From a virus (Duplodnaviria > Heunggongvirae > Uroviricota > Caudoviricetes), in the IMG/VR virus record IMGVR_UViG_3300027712_000017: 64,000 nucleotides of DNA; one strand, written 5' to 3'. Both the position numbers and the translations under genes were made by a program. Positions 46,724-56,203 of the stretch are shown in pieces. Positions within the stretch are counted from its first letter, which is position 1. Each line of letters begins with the position of its first letter. Below the pieces are notes generated by a model. The model saw nothing but the letters and a program-made list of their open reading frames with translations. It made no database searches and was not told the origin of the DNA.

Positions 46724-47770
46724 ATGACATTAATGCAAGCATTAGTAGGTAGTATTGCGAAGACTTATTATGTAGCAGTAGCTCATAGTGGATCATCCCG
46801 TCCTTCTGTATATCCCTGGTCTACTTCAGGTTTTGGTTCTAGATTTGCTGATCCAGCTATTGCGCCGCTAACTCTTCTGTTGGGAATAACTTTCTCTGCA
46901 GACGGAGCAACAATAGCCATGTCCAGCCAATCTAGCGGAACTCCTAGTGTTTGTGCTTACCCGTGGTCTGCTTCAGGGTTCGGAGCTAAATTTGCCGATA
47001 CTTCTGTTGTACTGAGTCCTGCCTACAGTGTAGCTTTCTCTCCTGACGGAACAGCAATGGCAATAGGACATGACTCAAGTCCATATATTTCCTTTTTGTC
47101 TTGGTCCGCTTCAGGGTTCGGAGCTAGGATTACTAATTCAGGGGTCACGAATCCAACAGGAACTGGAAATTGTGTAGCTTTCTCTCCTGGCGGAACAGTA
47201 ATAGCAGTAGCACATATCAATTCACCTTATGTTTCGGCTTATCCTTGGTCTGCTTCAGGTCGTGGAGCTAAGTTTGCTGACCCGTCTACGCTCCCCACAG
47301 GTAATGGGCAAGGTGTAGCTTTCTCTCCTGACGGAACAGCAATAGCAGTAGCACATATCAATTCACCTTATGTTTCGGCTTATCCTTGGTCTGCTTCAGG
47401 CTTCGGCACTAAATTTGCTAACCCAGCCACGCTACCAGATGGTGGTGGAATTACAGGTTCTAAAGGTGTAGCTTTCTCTCCTGACGGAACAGCAATAGCA
47501 GTAGCACAGGGCAATTCACCTTATGTTTCGGTTTACCCATGGTCTGCTTCAGGCTTTGGAACTAAGTTTGCTAACCCAGCCACGCTCCCAACAGGCTACG
47601 GATATAGTGTATCCTTTTCTCCTTCTGGAAAAGAAATAGTACTAGGACATGGCACTACACCTTTTGTTTCTGCTTACCCATGGTCTTCTTCAGGCTTTGG
47701 AACTAAGTTTGCTGATCCTTCTACACTTCCTTCCGCGCAGGGACAAACTATAGCTTTTGGCTCACTATAA
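46724..47770 (+). CDS. Seven-bladed beta-propeller with near-identical blades
   Basis: Seven ~45-aa repeats VAFSPDGTAIAVAH.NSPYVSAYPWSASGFGTKFA.P.TLP, plus a terminal IAF strand closing the ring. Confidence 0.85.
   Translation: MTLMQALVGSIAKTYYVAVAHSGSSRPSVYPWSTSGFGSRFADPAIAPLTLLLGITFSADGATIAMSSQSSGTPSVCAYPWSASGFGAKFADTSVVLSPAYSVAFSPDGTAMAIGHDSSPYISFLSWSASGFGARITNSGVTNPTGTGNCVAFSPGGTVIAVAHINSPYVSAYPWSASGRGAKFADPSTLPTGNGQGVAFSPDGTAIAVAHINSPYVSAYPWSASGFGTKFANPATLPDGGGITGSKGVAFSPDGTAIAVAQGNSPYVSVYPWSASGFGTKFANPATLPTGYGYSVSFSPSGKEIVLGHGTTPFVSAYPWSSSGFGTKFADPSTLPSAQGQTIAFGSL
46890..47745 (+). repeat. Coding tandem repeats of ~135-150 nt (propeller blades)
   Basis: 47172-47258 and 47315-47400 differ at only two positions by eye; tggtctgcttcagg recurs in most units. 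Confidence 0.85.
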
Positions 47771-47795
47771 AAATTAAAATATGGAGATAAAATTA

Positions 47796-48059
47796 ATGAA
47801 CGACACAAAAAACTTGACTGAAGACCGTGAAAAAATGTTAAAGGCCGCACTAGAGGGTCGTGAGCAAGAGATCATGCACTATCAAATAAATATCGACAAT
47901 TACACAATTGCGTTAGATGAAATCAGCAATCTACCTGATGATGAACGTTTAGAGCTAGCTGTTTTTGCCGAACAATTAACAGGGCTTCTTGCTTCAGAAA
48001 AACTTGAGCAAAAGAAATCTAAAATCATGCTAAATGTTATAAAAAGACAACTTTTATAG
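47796..48059 (+). CDS. Hypothetical helical protein
   Basis: GGAG SD 9 nt before ATG 47796; follows the propeller gene. Confidence 0.65.
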   Translation: MNDTKNLTEDREKMLKAALEGREQEIMHYQINIDNYTIALDEISNLPDDERLELAVFAEQLTGLLASEKLEQKKSKIMLNVIKRQLL

Positions 48060-48073
48060 CTGGGAAATAAATT

Positions 48074-49507
48074 ATGTCAGAATTAAAAGTTCAAACAATA
48101 GAATCAAATAATACTCTAAAGACAAATACTTTGTTTGTCGGAAACGTTGTTACTGTCAATTCAAGTGGTATTTTTGGACCATCATATACTGTAAATACAT
48201 CAGCAATAGTTGTGGGCAATAGCTCATCCAATGTCTCATTCACAGCAAATATGAGCGTGTCATCTTATATAACAGCTAACGATGTGTATGATTGGTTTGG
48301 TGCGACAACTGACGTATATGCATGGGTAACATCTAATGGCACAACACCGTATAATTGCGTTATTTCTCAAGATACTAGTGTAGGTACAGCTCCTGGTAGT
48401 TTATATTTTCCTCTATTGATAGTACCTACTGGCGGTGATCCTATTCCTGGATCGACATACAATTCAAATACATGGAATTTAGCGCCAACTACTGACGGTG
48501 ATGTATGGAAAGTTTCAGGATATGTTAGATCAGATACAAATTTAACAATAACACCTAGTTCTTTTATATTACTACTACTCGCTAATACTAGCGGAAACTA
48601 CGGAACTGCAGGAACAACAAGCGAACAACCTGACGTAGTTTTAAATAAAAACCAATGGACATATTTTGAAAAATTTATAACCATCAATGGAAATGCAAAT
48701 ACTGCATATGTTCAATTGAGACTTGATGGTGTAAATTCAGGAGATGCTAATTTATGGTATGGTAGTGTTTCGTTAAAAAAAACCTTTTCAAAATCAAGCA
48801 TAACTGAAACTGTAAACACTCAAATATTCACTGCTAACGGCACATGGACAAAACCATCATGGGCAACTGACGGAAAAGAGCTTGTCATTGTTCATGCTTG
48901 GGGTGGCGGTGGTGGAGCATATTTGAATAATGCTGGTGGCGGGGGTGCTTTTGTTTATGGTTATTTTATTTCTTCTCAATGTAATTCAACATGCAATGTA
49001 GTTGTCGGATTAGGGGGGTTAGCCCAAATTACAGCAGGTTCAAACGGACAACCAGGAGGCACTAGTGTTTTTTATGCAAATACTACAAATTCATTAAGTG
49101 CTTATGGCGGCGGCGGCGGAAAGATTGGGTCGACCGGCGGCGGCGGCGGATGGTTTTCAACAGGATCAAGTCCTGGGGCAGGTGGTGGTCCGTTAGGTGG
49201 GGCAGCAGGAGGTACTGGAGGTGATTCTACATTTGGCGGCGGCGGTGGCTTTTCAACGACCCCATATATTGGAGGAAACTCGATATATGGTGGCGGCGGC
49301 GGTTCAAATGGAAGTTCGATATTTGGCGGCGGCGGTGGCGGAAACGGACCAACTAATAATGGAAAATCTATTTACGGGGGTCAAGGAGGTATTACTGCAC
49401 CTAATACTGCAACGATTCCGGCAGGCGGAGGTGGTAACGCAGGCGGTAGCGCATATGACGGAAGTCGTGGTGAAGTTCGTATTTACACTTTAAGGATCGT
49501 ATCTTAA
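48074..49507 (+). CDS. Glycine-rich adhesin-like protein with a putative carbohydrate-binding jelly-roll insert
   Basis: WKVSGYVRS...NQWTYFE...VQLRLD...LWYGSVSLKK, then QIFTANGTWTKPSW...WGGGGG and GGGG repeats. Confidence 0.75.
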   Translation: MSELKVQTIESNNTLKTNTLFVGNVVTVNSSGIFGPSYTVNTSAIVVGNSSSNVSFTANMSVSSYITANDVYDWFGATTDVYAWVTSNGTTPYNCVISQDTSVGTAPGSLYFPLLIVPTGGDPIPGSTYNSNTWNLAPTTDGDVWKVSGYVRSDTNLTITPSSFILLLLANTSGNYGTAGTTSEQPDVVLNKNQWTYFEKFITINGNANTAYVQLRLDGVNSGDANLWYGSVSLKKTFSKSSITETVNTQIFTANGTWTKPSWATDGKELVIVHAWGGGGGAYLNNAGGGGAFVYGYFISSQCNSTCNVVVGLGGLAQITAGSNGQPGGTSVFYANTTNSLSAYGGGGGKIGSTGGGGGWFSTGSSPGAGGGPLGGAAGGTGGDSTFGGGGGFSTTPYIGGNSIYGGGGGSNGSSIFGGGGGGNGPTNNGKSIYGGQGGITAPNTATIPAGGGGNAGGSAYDGSRGEVRIYTLRIVS

Positions 49508-50494
49508 ATGTCAACAGTCAACGTATCTACAATTTATACTGAATATGTTAATGCGACTGGTAATACATTAATATCTAGTACAATTTCTTTTTTTGGCAAT
49601 AATAATATAGCCGTGGGTTCTAACGTTTCTATCAATTCATCATATATTTCTGTTAGTAATTCTACAGGCAATACACAAATTAATTCTACTGCAATATCTA
49701 CTACAGGTATAACTGTTGGAGGTGTATTTTTCAATTCAACTGATTTACAAGTTTCTGATTATCAAGTATTTACTTCAAATGGAACATGGACAAAACCGTC
49801 ATGGGCGCAAGCAAATGATATTGTAACTCTCATGATGTGGGGTGGTGGTGGTGGCGGTACAGGAAACACCACCCACTGGGTTGGCGGCGGCGGCGGTGCT
49901 TGTGTGATAGTTTCTTTGCTTGCATCTACATGTAATTCAGTATGTAATGTTGCCGTTGGCTTAGGTGGCACAGGTACTTTAGCTACTACAACAAATCCTG
50001 CAGGCACCGGCGGTACTAGCTTTTTCTATATAAACTCGACTGCATCTGCTGCTATTTCAGCGTATGGTGGTGCCGGAGGATGGATTACTACTGCTGCTGC
50101 AGGACAATTTGGTGGCGGAGGTGGCGGTTGGTTTTCTGCAGGTGTTTCGAATACAGGGGTTGGCGGAAGTCCTTTGGGTGGAACGCCGGCTGCTGTGGGA
50201 ACAGATTCTACTTTCGGCGGGGGTGGTGGAAGCAATAACACTGTAGGTCAACTTGGCGGTTCGAGTATCTATGGCGGTGGTGGCGGTTCAGGTCGTGGCG
50301 GTGGGTCTTCAATATATGGTGGCGGGGGCGGTGCAACAACACCTACATATGTGGGGGGAACTTCAGTTTTTGGAGGTAATGGTGGTTCTTCTTCTGCAGG
50401 ATTTACCCCTGCGGGTGGGGGAGGCGCCGCTACCTCAGGTGGATTTGATGGTGCTAATGGCGAAGTTCGTATTTGGGTTCAGAAGGTTACTTGA
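49508..50494 (+). CDS. Glycine-rich adhesin-like protein
   Basis: QVFTSNGTWTKPSW...MWGGGGGG...GEVRIWV. Confidence 0.75.
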   Translation: MSTVNVSTIYTEYVNATGNTLISSTISFFGNNNIAVGSNVSINSSYISVSNSTGNTQINSTAISTTGITVGGVFFNSTDLQVSDYQVFTSNGTWTKPSWAQANDIVTLMMWGGGGGGTGNTTHWVGGGGGACVIVSLLASTCNSVCNVAVGLGGTGTLATTTNPAGTGGTSFFYINSTASAAISAYGGAGGWITTAAAGQFGGGGGGWFSAGVSNTGVGGSPLGGTPAAVGTDSTFGGGGGSNNTVGQLGGSSIYGGGGGSGRGGGSSIYGGGGGATTPTYVGGTSVFGGNGGSSSAGFTPAGGGGAATSGGFDGANGEVRIWVQKVT

Positions 50495-51835
50495 ATGAAA
50501 TTATCAACTTCAAATACTAATGCTAATATAGCAATCTATGCAACTAATCGTTTAGTTGCAAATGCTATGGTTATTGATAGTAACTCTTTATATACTACAT
50601 TAAGTTCAGAATTGGCACCAATTTCAACTTATAGTTCAATAGCACAAATTGATGGAATAGCATACACAATAAGAAGAAATACTCTACCTGCAACTAGCAA
50701 TAGTTTAACTATATGTGGGGTTTCTGTGAATAAAACATATTATGTCGATTATTATATTTCTAGTTATACAGGAACAGCAACAGGAATTTTTTCAACTAGT
50801 TCTTTAGGAACAATTGCAACTATCAGTGGTGTAGGTAGAGGTAATTTCACATTTAAATCTAATACTGTTGACAATTTACTTATTGGGGGAAGTGCTTCCG
50901 GAGCAAATTTAAATTTAGATTATGTTTCTGTAAAAGAAGTTGTAGATAAAAATACAATAATAGAATATGATAATACTACAAATAGCTCATCAATAATAAT
51001 ACAATCTGTATCACCATTTGTTGCAACTAATAATAATATCACTACAGTAAATTCAACCGCAATAAATTCACAAAATTCTTTTTTCATAAATGGCGCATCG
51101 CCATTACTTCAGAGCGGATTTTATGGATTTTCTAGTGGCATTGTCAATGCTCAATTTTTTACAGCTAGCGGCACATGGATTAAACCCACATTAGGTGTTT
51201 CAACCTCCGGATACGAAAGTGTATTAATTATGATGTGGGGCGGCGGCGGAGGAGGTTATACTGCAGGAACAGGTTCTGGGGCTGGAGGCGGAGGAGCTTG
51301 TCTTATTGCGACAATTCCATTATGGCAATTAGACGCTACATGTGCAGTAACTATAGGTGCAGGTGGTGCTAGGGGCGTTGCTGGAGGATCTACTACTTTT
51401 GCCGTAAATGCATCTTCAACTATGACTGCTTATGGCGGCGGCTTCGGAACTGGATCTATATCTGGTGGAGGCGGAGGATTATTTGGCACAGGTGCTAGCG
51501 GAGCTACAGGTCTCGGCGGCGGTCCACTCGGTGGCAACTCGACTGTCATAAGTTCAACATTCGGAGGGAGTTACGGTGGAGCTACAGTGTCCTACAGCAT
51601 ATTTGGCGGTGCAGGCGGCGGTGGAGGATCAAGCGCAACGAACTTAAATAAAACAATTTATGGTGGTGGGGGTGGTTCTGGTGGCTCCGGAGTTCAGGCT
51701 ACTGCACCTGGTACAGTTTTTGGTGGACGTGGAGGAAACACATCAGTATCTGCATTAGCACCAGGCGGCGGCGGCAATTCTCTTTCTGGAAATACTGGCG
51801 CTCGTGGAGAAGTAAGAGTTTGGATAATAGGATAG
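50495..51835 (+). CDS. Glycine-rich adhesin-like protein with an N-terminal beta-sandwich
   Basis: QFFTASGTWIKP...MWGGGGGG...GEVRVWII; N-terminal ...LDYVSVKEV. Confidence 0.75.
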   Translation: MKLSTSNTNANIAIYATNRLVANAMVIDSNSLYTTLSSELAPISTYSSIAQIDGIAYTIRRNTLPATSNSLTICGVSVNKTYYVDYYISSYTGTATGIFSTSSLGTIATISGVGRGNFTFKSNTVDNLLIGGSASGANLNLDYVSVKEVVDKNTIIEYDNTTNSSSIIIQSVSPFVATNNNITTVNSTAINSQNSFFINGASPLLQSGFYGFSSGIVNAQFFTASGTWIKPTLGVSTSGYESVLIMMWGGGGGGYTAGTGSGAGGGGACLIATIPLWQLDATCAVTIGAGGARGVAGGSTTFAVNASSTMTAYGGGFGTGSISGGGGGLFGTGASGATGLGGGPLGGNSTVISSTFGGSYGGATVSYSIFGGAGGGGGSSATNLNKTIYGGGGGSGGSGVQATAPGTVFGGRGGNTSVSALAPGGGGNSLSGNTGARGEVRVWIIG

Positions 51836-51839
51836 AAAA

Positions 51840-52601
51840 ATGATAACTAAAGAAATATTAAAACAAATCGCACCACACGCAAATGATGTGATTATAACTA
51901 ACCTAGAAAAATATATTAATGATGCTTTCAATAAGTATCAAATTAATACTTATTTGCGTCAATGTCATTTCCTTGCACAAGCAGCACTTGAAACTGATGG
52001 ATTTAAAACCTTCGAAGAATATGCATCAGGACAAGCATATGAAGGTAGAAAAGATTTAGGTAATGTAAAACCAGGAGACGGGAAACGATACAAAGGCCGT
52101 GGGATGTTTCAACTCACCGGTAGAGCAAACTATAGAGCAATCGGAACAAAATTAGGATATGATCTTGAAAATCATCCCGAACTTGCAATGGGAGCTGATG
52201 TTGCTATATTGACTGCATGTGAATATTGGAATTCTCATAACCTATCACCGCTTGCTGATAAAGATGATATTGAAACTATTACCAAAAGAATCAACGGCGG
52301 ATTAAATGGTTTTGCAGATCGTAAACTATATTTAACAGCAGCTAAAAAATATGTTTCTCAAAACACAACACAAACTATTAATAATGCATCATTCAATGTC
52401 ATAATGGCTAGACAAGGTGATAAATCATCTTATATCAGTGATCTACAAAATATGCTTATTAAAAAAGGTGCCAAAATTGTTGCAGATGGTTCCTTTGGAC
52501 CTACCACAACTTCAGCAGTTAAAGATTTTCAAACTAAAAATAATCTTGAAGTTACAGGTAATATAGATACTAACACATTGAATAAATTAATGGAGAATTG
52601 A
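51840..52601 (+). CDS. Endolysin: GH19 (chitinase/lysozyme-like) with a C-terminal PG-binding domain
   Basis: HFLAQAALET...YEGRKDLGN...GDGKRYKGRGMFQLTGRANY...ITKRINGGLNG; ISDLQNML...DGSFGPTTTSAVKDFQ...L..TG. Confidence 0.92.
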   Translation: MITKEILKQIAPHANDVIITNLEKYINDAFNKYQINTYLRQCHFLAQAALETDGFKTFEEYASGQAYEGRKDLGNVKPGDGKRYKGRGMFQLTGRANYRAIGTKLGYDLENHPELAMGADVAILTACEYWNSHNLSPLADKDDIETITKRINGGLNGFADRKLYLTAAKKYVSQNTTQTINNASFNVIMARQGDKSSYISDLQNMLIKKGAKIVADGSFGPTTTSAVKDFQTKNNLEVTGNIDTNTLNKLMEN

Positions 52602-52904
52602 ATGGACATGGAATCTTCTTGGATTAAAAATTACTGGCGTCCGATGATGGCATATCAGTATCTTGTAGTATGTTTATGTGATTTTGTTGTGTTTCCTTTA
52701 TTGACAATGGTCCTACCAAAACTTATTGGTACACCATATGTTCAATGGGATCCTTTGACATTAAAAGAATCAGGTTTTTATCATTTGTCGATGGGTGCTA
52801 TTATCGGGGTTGCTGCATGGACCCGAGGACAAGAAAAAATTCAAGCAGTATGGAATGGTAAAACTACAACAACTGAAACTACAACCCAAACACCAACAAA
52901 ATGA
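52602..52904 (+). CDS. Holin-like membrane protein (GTA 3TM-holin-like family)
   Basis: WRPMMAYQYLVVCLCDF...WDPLTL...GFYHLSMGAIIGVAAWTRGQEK; adjacent to the endolysin. Confidence 0.7.
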   Translation: MDMESSWIKNYWRPMMAYQYLVVCLCDFVVFPLLTMVLPKLIGTPYVQWDPLTLKESGFYHLSMGAIIGVAAWTRGQEKIQAVWNGKTTTTETTTQTPTK

Positions 52905-52914
52905 GGTTTAAGTT

Positions 52915-53382
52915 ATGTTAGCATTATTGTCGCCGTTAATCGGTATATTTGGCAGTTTATTGCCATCAATTGTGAGAATCTTTGAGCGAAAGCAGGAAAT
53001 ACTACATGACATTGAACTCGCAAAAATTCAAATTCAAGTTAATCAGCAAGCCGCTGCTGGACAGCTTGCCCTTGAAAACGTTAAGGCAGATGTTGCTGAG
53101 GGAGAATCTCTTCGAACTCATGATAGTTCTATTGATGGCGGAAAGTTTATCAATGCACTTCGGGCTTCTATTCGCCCCGTTATTACATACTGTTTCTTCT
53201 TTCTTTTTGTCTCAGTAAAAGTAGCAGCAGCATATGTTATGTTGCAAAATGGGTTACCTGTTCCTGCAATGTTGAGCGCAGTATGGGATTCTGAAACAAT
53301 GGCTTTATTTTCAACCATTCTAGCATTTTGGTTTGGTTCTCGTGTTATTGAGAAAATGGATGCTCGTGTAAAAAAGAAGTAA
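52915..53382 (+). CDS. Second holin-like membrane protein (3 hydrophobic segments)
   Basis: ALRASIRPVITY...ILAFWFGSR motifs. Confidence 0.65.
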   Translation: MLALLSPLIGIFGSLLPSIVRIFERKQEILHDIELAKIQIQVNQQAAAGQLALENVKADVAEGESLRTHDSSIDGGKFINALRASIRPVITYCFFFLFVSVKVAAAYVMLQNGLPVPAMLSAVWDSETMALFSTILAFWFGSRVIEKMDARVKKK

Positions 53383-53424
53383 TATTGACTCCATCATAAA
53401 TAATCAATAAACACGGAGTCGAAC

Positions 53425-54165
53425 ATGGCAGTCCCTAACTCACGAAATACATTCAAAGAAACTTGCCTACGCAGATTAGGTAAGCCAGTCATTGAAATCA
53501 ATGTTGATGATGATCAAGTTGATGATCGTATTGACGAGGCTCTTAGATATTACTGGGACTATCACTTTGATGGTAGTGACAAAATTTACTACAAGCATCA
53601 AGTCACTCAAACTGATATTGCAAACAAATATATCACGCTCCCAGATAATATTCTAGGAGTCGTGAGTATTTTCAATATTGGTGATGCCATGAGTATTGCG
53701 AATATATTCAACATCAGATACCAAATCGCATTGAATGATCTTTATACATTAACAAATGTTTCATTAGTCCCTTACTTTATGGCGATGCAACATATTGCGA
53801 TGATCGAGGAATTGTTGGTAGGTAAAAAACCAATTAGATATAATCGTCATAAAAATATGCTTTATATTGATGCTGATTGGTCTTTAATTAATGTAAACAC
53901 ATTTATAATAGTTGAAGCATATCAGATAGTTGATCCTGATGTTTACACAGATGCCTGGGGTGATCGTTGGTTACAGCAATATTCGACTGCATTAATTAAA
54001 CGTCAGTGGGGTAATAACTTGAAGAAGTTTGCCGGTATGCAAATGCCTGGTGGTTTAACTTTCAACGGGCAAGTAATCTATGATGAAGCAATTGAAGAAA
54101 TTAAAGATCTTGAAAAAGAAATGATCGGGTCTTACTCATTGCCAGTCTCAGATATGATCGGATAA
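53425..54165 (+). CDS. gp13: Neck protein gp13
   Basis: CLRRLGKPVIEINVDDDQVDDRIDEAL...YHFDG; KRQWGNNLKKF.GMQMPGG. Confidence 0.93.
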   Translation: MAVPNSRNTFKETCLRRLGKPVIEINVDDDQVDDRIDEALRYYWDYHFDGSDKIYYKHQVTQTDIANKYITLPDNILGVVSIFNIGDAMSIANIFNIRYQIALNDLYTLTNVSLVPYFMAMQHIAMIEELLVGKKPIRYNRHKNMLYIDADWSLINVNTFIIVEAYQIVDPDVYTDAWGDRWLQQYSTALIKRQWGNNLKKFAGMQMPGGLTFNGQVIYDEAIEEIKDLEKEMIGSYSLPVSDMIG

Positions 54166-54168
54166 GTT

Positions 54169-54897
54169 GTGGCAAGCTCATTTTTCTTCAATAACTTTCA
54201 AAATTCAATGGAGCAAAGACTCCTAGAAGATTTGATTGTTGAGTCTATTAAAATATATGGTGAGGACATGTATTATCTTCCTCGCACACTAAACCATAAA
54301 GATGAACTATATGGCACTGATGACATTTCAAGCTATGACGAAGCAATTCTAGTTGAGTTGTATATCAAAAATGTTGATGGGTTTGGTGGTGACGGAAACT
54401 TCATGTCAAAGTTTGGTCTTGAAATTCGTGACCAAGTTACGTTCACAATTGCTAAGCGTGTATTTGATGAAGAAATTGGTGCAGGTCATGGTTTCTTAAG
54501 ACCTCGTGAAGGTGATTGCATATATTTTCCGTTGAATAATAAAGTATTTCAAATCAAATATGTTGACAACAAACCAATCTATTATCAATTAGGTGCATTG
54601 CAAGTTTATGATTTGACATGTGAATTATTTGAATATAGCGGCGAAACTTTCAATACCGGAATCAGTCAAATTGATTCTATTCAAACTAATTTATCACTTG
54701 ATCTATTTGACTATGGTATTCAAACTGAAACTGGCGGATTCATGCTTGCGACTGAAGATGGCAATTTAATTGTCAACGAAGATTTCAACATTGAAACAAT
54801 TGATCCTACAGCAGATAATGTAAATATTGAAACTGAAGCATTGAACTTTATGGACTTCACTGAACGTGATCCATTCTCAGAGCAAGGTTCTTATTAA
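54169..54897 (+). CDS. gp14: Neck protein gp14
   Basis: EQRLLEDLIVESIKIYG, MSKFGLEIRD, RPREGD and YQLG...YDLTCELFEYS motifs. Confidence 0.93.
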   Translation: MASSFFFNNFQNSMEQRLLEDLIVESIKIYGEDMYYLPRTLNHKDELYGTDDISSYDEAILVELYIKNVDGFGGDGNFMSKFGLEIRDQVTFTIAKRVFDEEIGAGHGFLRPREGDCIYFPLNNKVFQIKYVDNKPIYYQLGALQVYDLTCELFEYSGETFNTGISQIDSIQTNLSLDLFDYGIQTETGGFMLATEDGNLIVNEDFNIETIDPTADNVNIETEALNFMDFTERDPFSEQGSY

Positions 54898-54925
54898 CCC
54901 ATGGATAAAGCAATAGGAGGCTAAA

Positions 54926-55768
54926 ATTTTCGGACATACATGGTATTTCAGCACAATGAGAAAGTATGTCATTTTATTTGGCACGCTATTTAATGACATT
55001 CATATTACTAGAACGAATACTGCAGGAACAACTGTTGACTTGTTGAAGGTTCCTTTGTCATATGCAGCAAAAGAAAAGATGCTAGCAAGACTTGAGAATG
55101 ATCCTGAAATTCAAAGACAAACTGCAATATTATTACCTCGTATGTCTTTTGAGATGACTGGTATATCATATGATCAAACTAGAAAACTAAATACATTAGG
55201 TCGTATTGTAGTAAAGGACACAACAAACCCTAATAAGTTGAAGTATCAATATAACCCAGTGCCTTATAACTTTGATTTTAAATTGTCTGTTTATGTTAAA
55301 AATGCAGAAGACGGCACAAAAATTCTAGAACAGATTTTGCCGTTTTTTACTCCCGACTGGACTGCAACTATTGCATTGATTCCCGAGATGAATGTCAATA
55401 TGGATATTCCGGTAATATTAAATAATGTGACAGTCGAAGATTCTTATGAAGGTAAATTTGAAGAACGCCGTGCTTTAATTTGGACCCTATCTTTCACAGT
55501 CAAAGGTTATATTTACGGACCTGTCAAAAAGAGTGCAGTCATAAAATTTGCAAATACGACATTTTATATACCTGACAATAATATTACAGATATTGCAAAA
55601 GCTGCGGGGGTCAGTACACCCAATGATCGTGTTACTGTTGCTCCAGGACTTGATGCAAATGGTGATCCTACTAATAGTGCTGCTATAAGCATTGATAGAA
55701 ATTTAATTTTAGCAAGTGATGATTTTGGATATGTAACTAATATATCCGGTGTTATATTATCGGAGTGA
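54926..55768 (+). CDS. gp15: Tail sheath terminator gp15 (probable ATT start at 54926; first ATG at 54956)
   Basis: FGTLFNDI, VPLSYAAKEK, LPRMSFE, QILPFF.P and GYIYGPV motifs. AGGAGG SD lies 5 nt before ATT TTC GGA. Confidence 0.92.
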   Translation: MFGHTWYFSTMRKYVILFGTLFNDIHITRTNTAGTTVDLLKVPLSYAAKEKMLARLENDPEIQRQTAILLPRMSFEMTGISYDQTRKLNTLGRIVVKDTTNPNKLKYQYNPVPYNFDFKLSVYVKNAEDGTKILEQILPFFTPDWTATIALIPEMNVNMDIPVILNNVTVEDSYEGKFEERRALIWTLSFTVKGYIYGPVKKSAVIKFANTTFYIPDNNITDIAKAAGVSTPNDRVTVAPGLDANGDPTNSAAISIDRNLILASDDFGYVTNISGVILSE

Positions 55769-55771
55769 TTT

Positions 55772-56203
55772 ATGGCAAAGAAGCCTAAGGCTAATAACGA
55801 CCCAATAAGCAATGCATTGGGTATGGCACCGATGCCTGAGAAACCTAAATTGGTTCTAGGTACTGTTGCTATTGATGATAATACAGATTACGAATATGCC
55901 CGTCAAAATATTTACGGAGTTATTGAAACAGGTGCAAACGCACTTGATCAATTAGCACAGGTTGCAGCACAAACACAACACCCCAGAGCATTTGAAGTTT
56001 TAGCTAATTTAGTTAAAACTATGGTTGAAGCAAATAAAGATCTTTTGAATTTGCGTAAAACTAAAATTGAGATTGAAAAAGCATCAGGTGAGAGCATGAA
56101 TGATAGTATGGGCGGCAATAAAGTCCAGAACAATTTATTTGTAGGTTCTACAGCTGAATTGCAGAAATTCCTAAAGGATATGAAGAATGGCGGAAAAGAT
56201 TGA
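55772..56203 (+). CDS. gp16: Terminase small subunit gp16
   Basis: DYEYARQN, HPRAFEV and NNLFVGSTAELQKFL motifs. Confidence 0.92.
   Translation: MAKKPKANNDPISNALGMAPMPEKPKLVLGTVAIDDNTDYEYARQNIYGVIETGANALDQLAQVAAQTQHPRAFEVLANLVKTMVEANKDLLNLRKTKIEIEKASGESMNDSMGGNKVQNNLFVGSTAELQKFLKDMKNGGKD

Noticed and set aside
46890-47745. Near-identical repeats as a DGR template/variable pair or a CRISPR array
   Set aside because: Mismatches are not restricted to adenines (G/A and T/C both seen), the units are in-frame coding blades without unique spacers, and no reverse transcriptase or cas gene is in the window.
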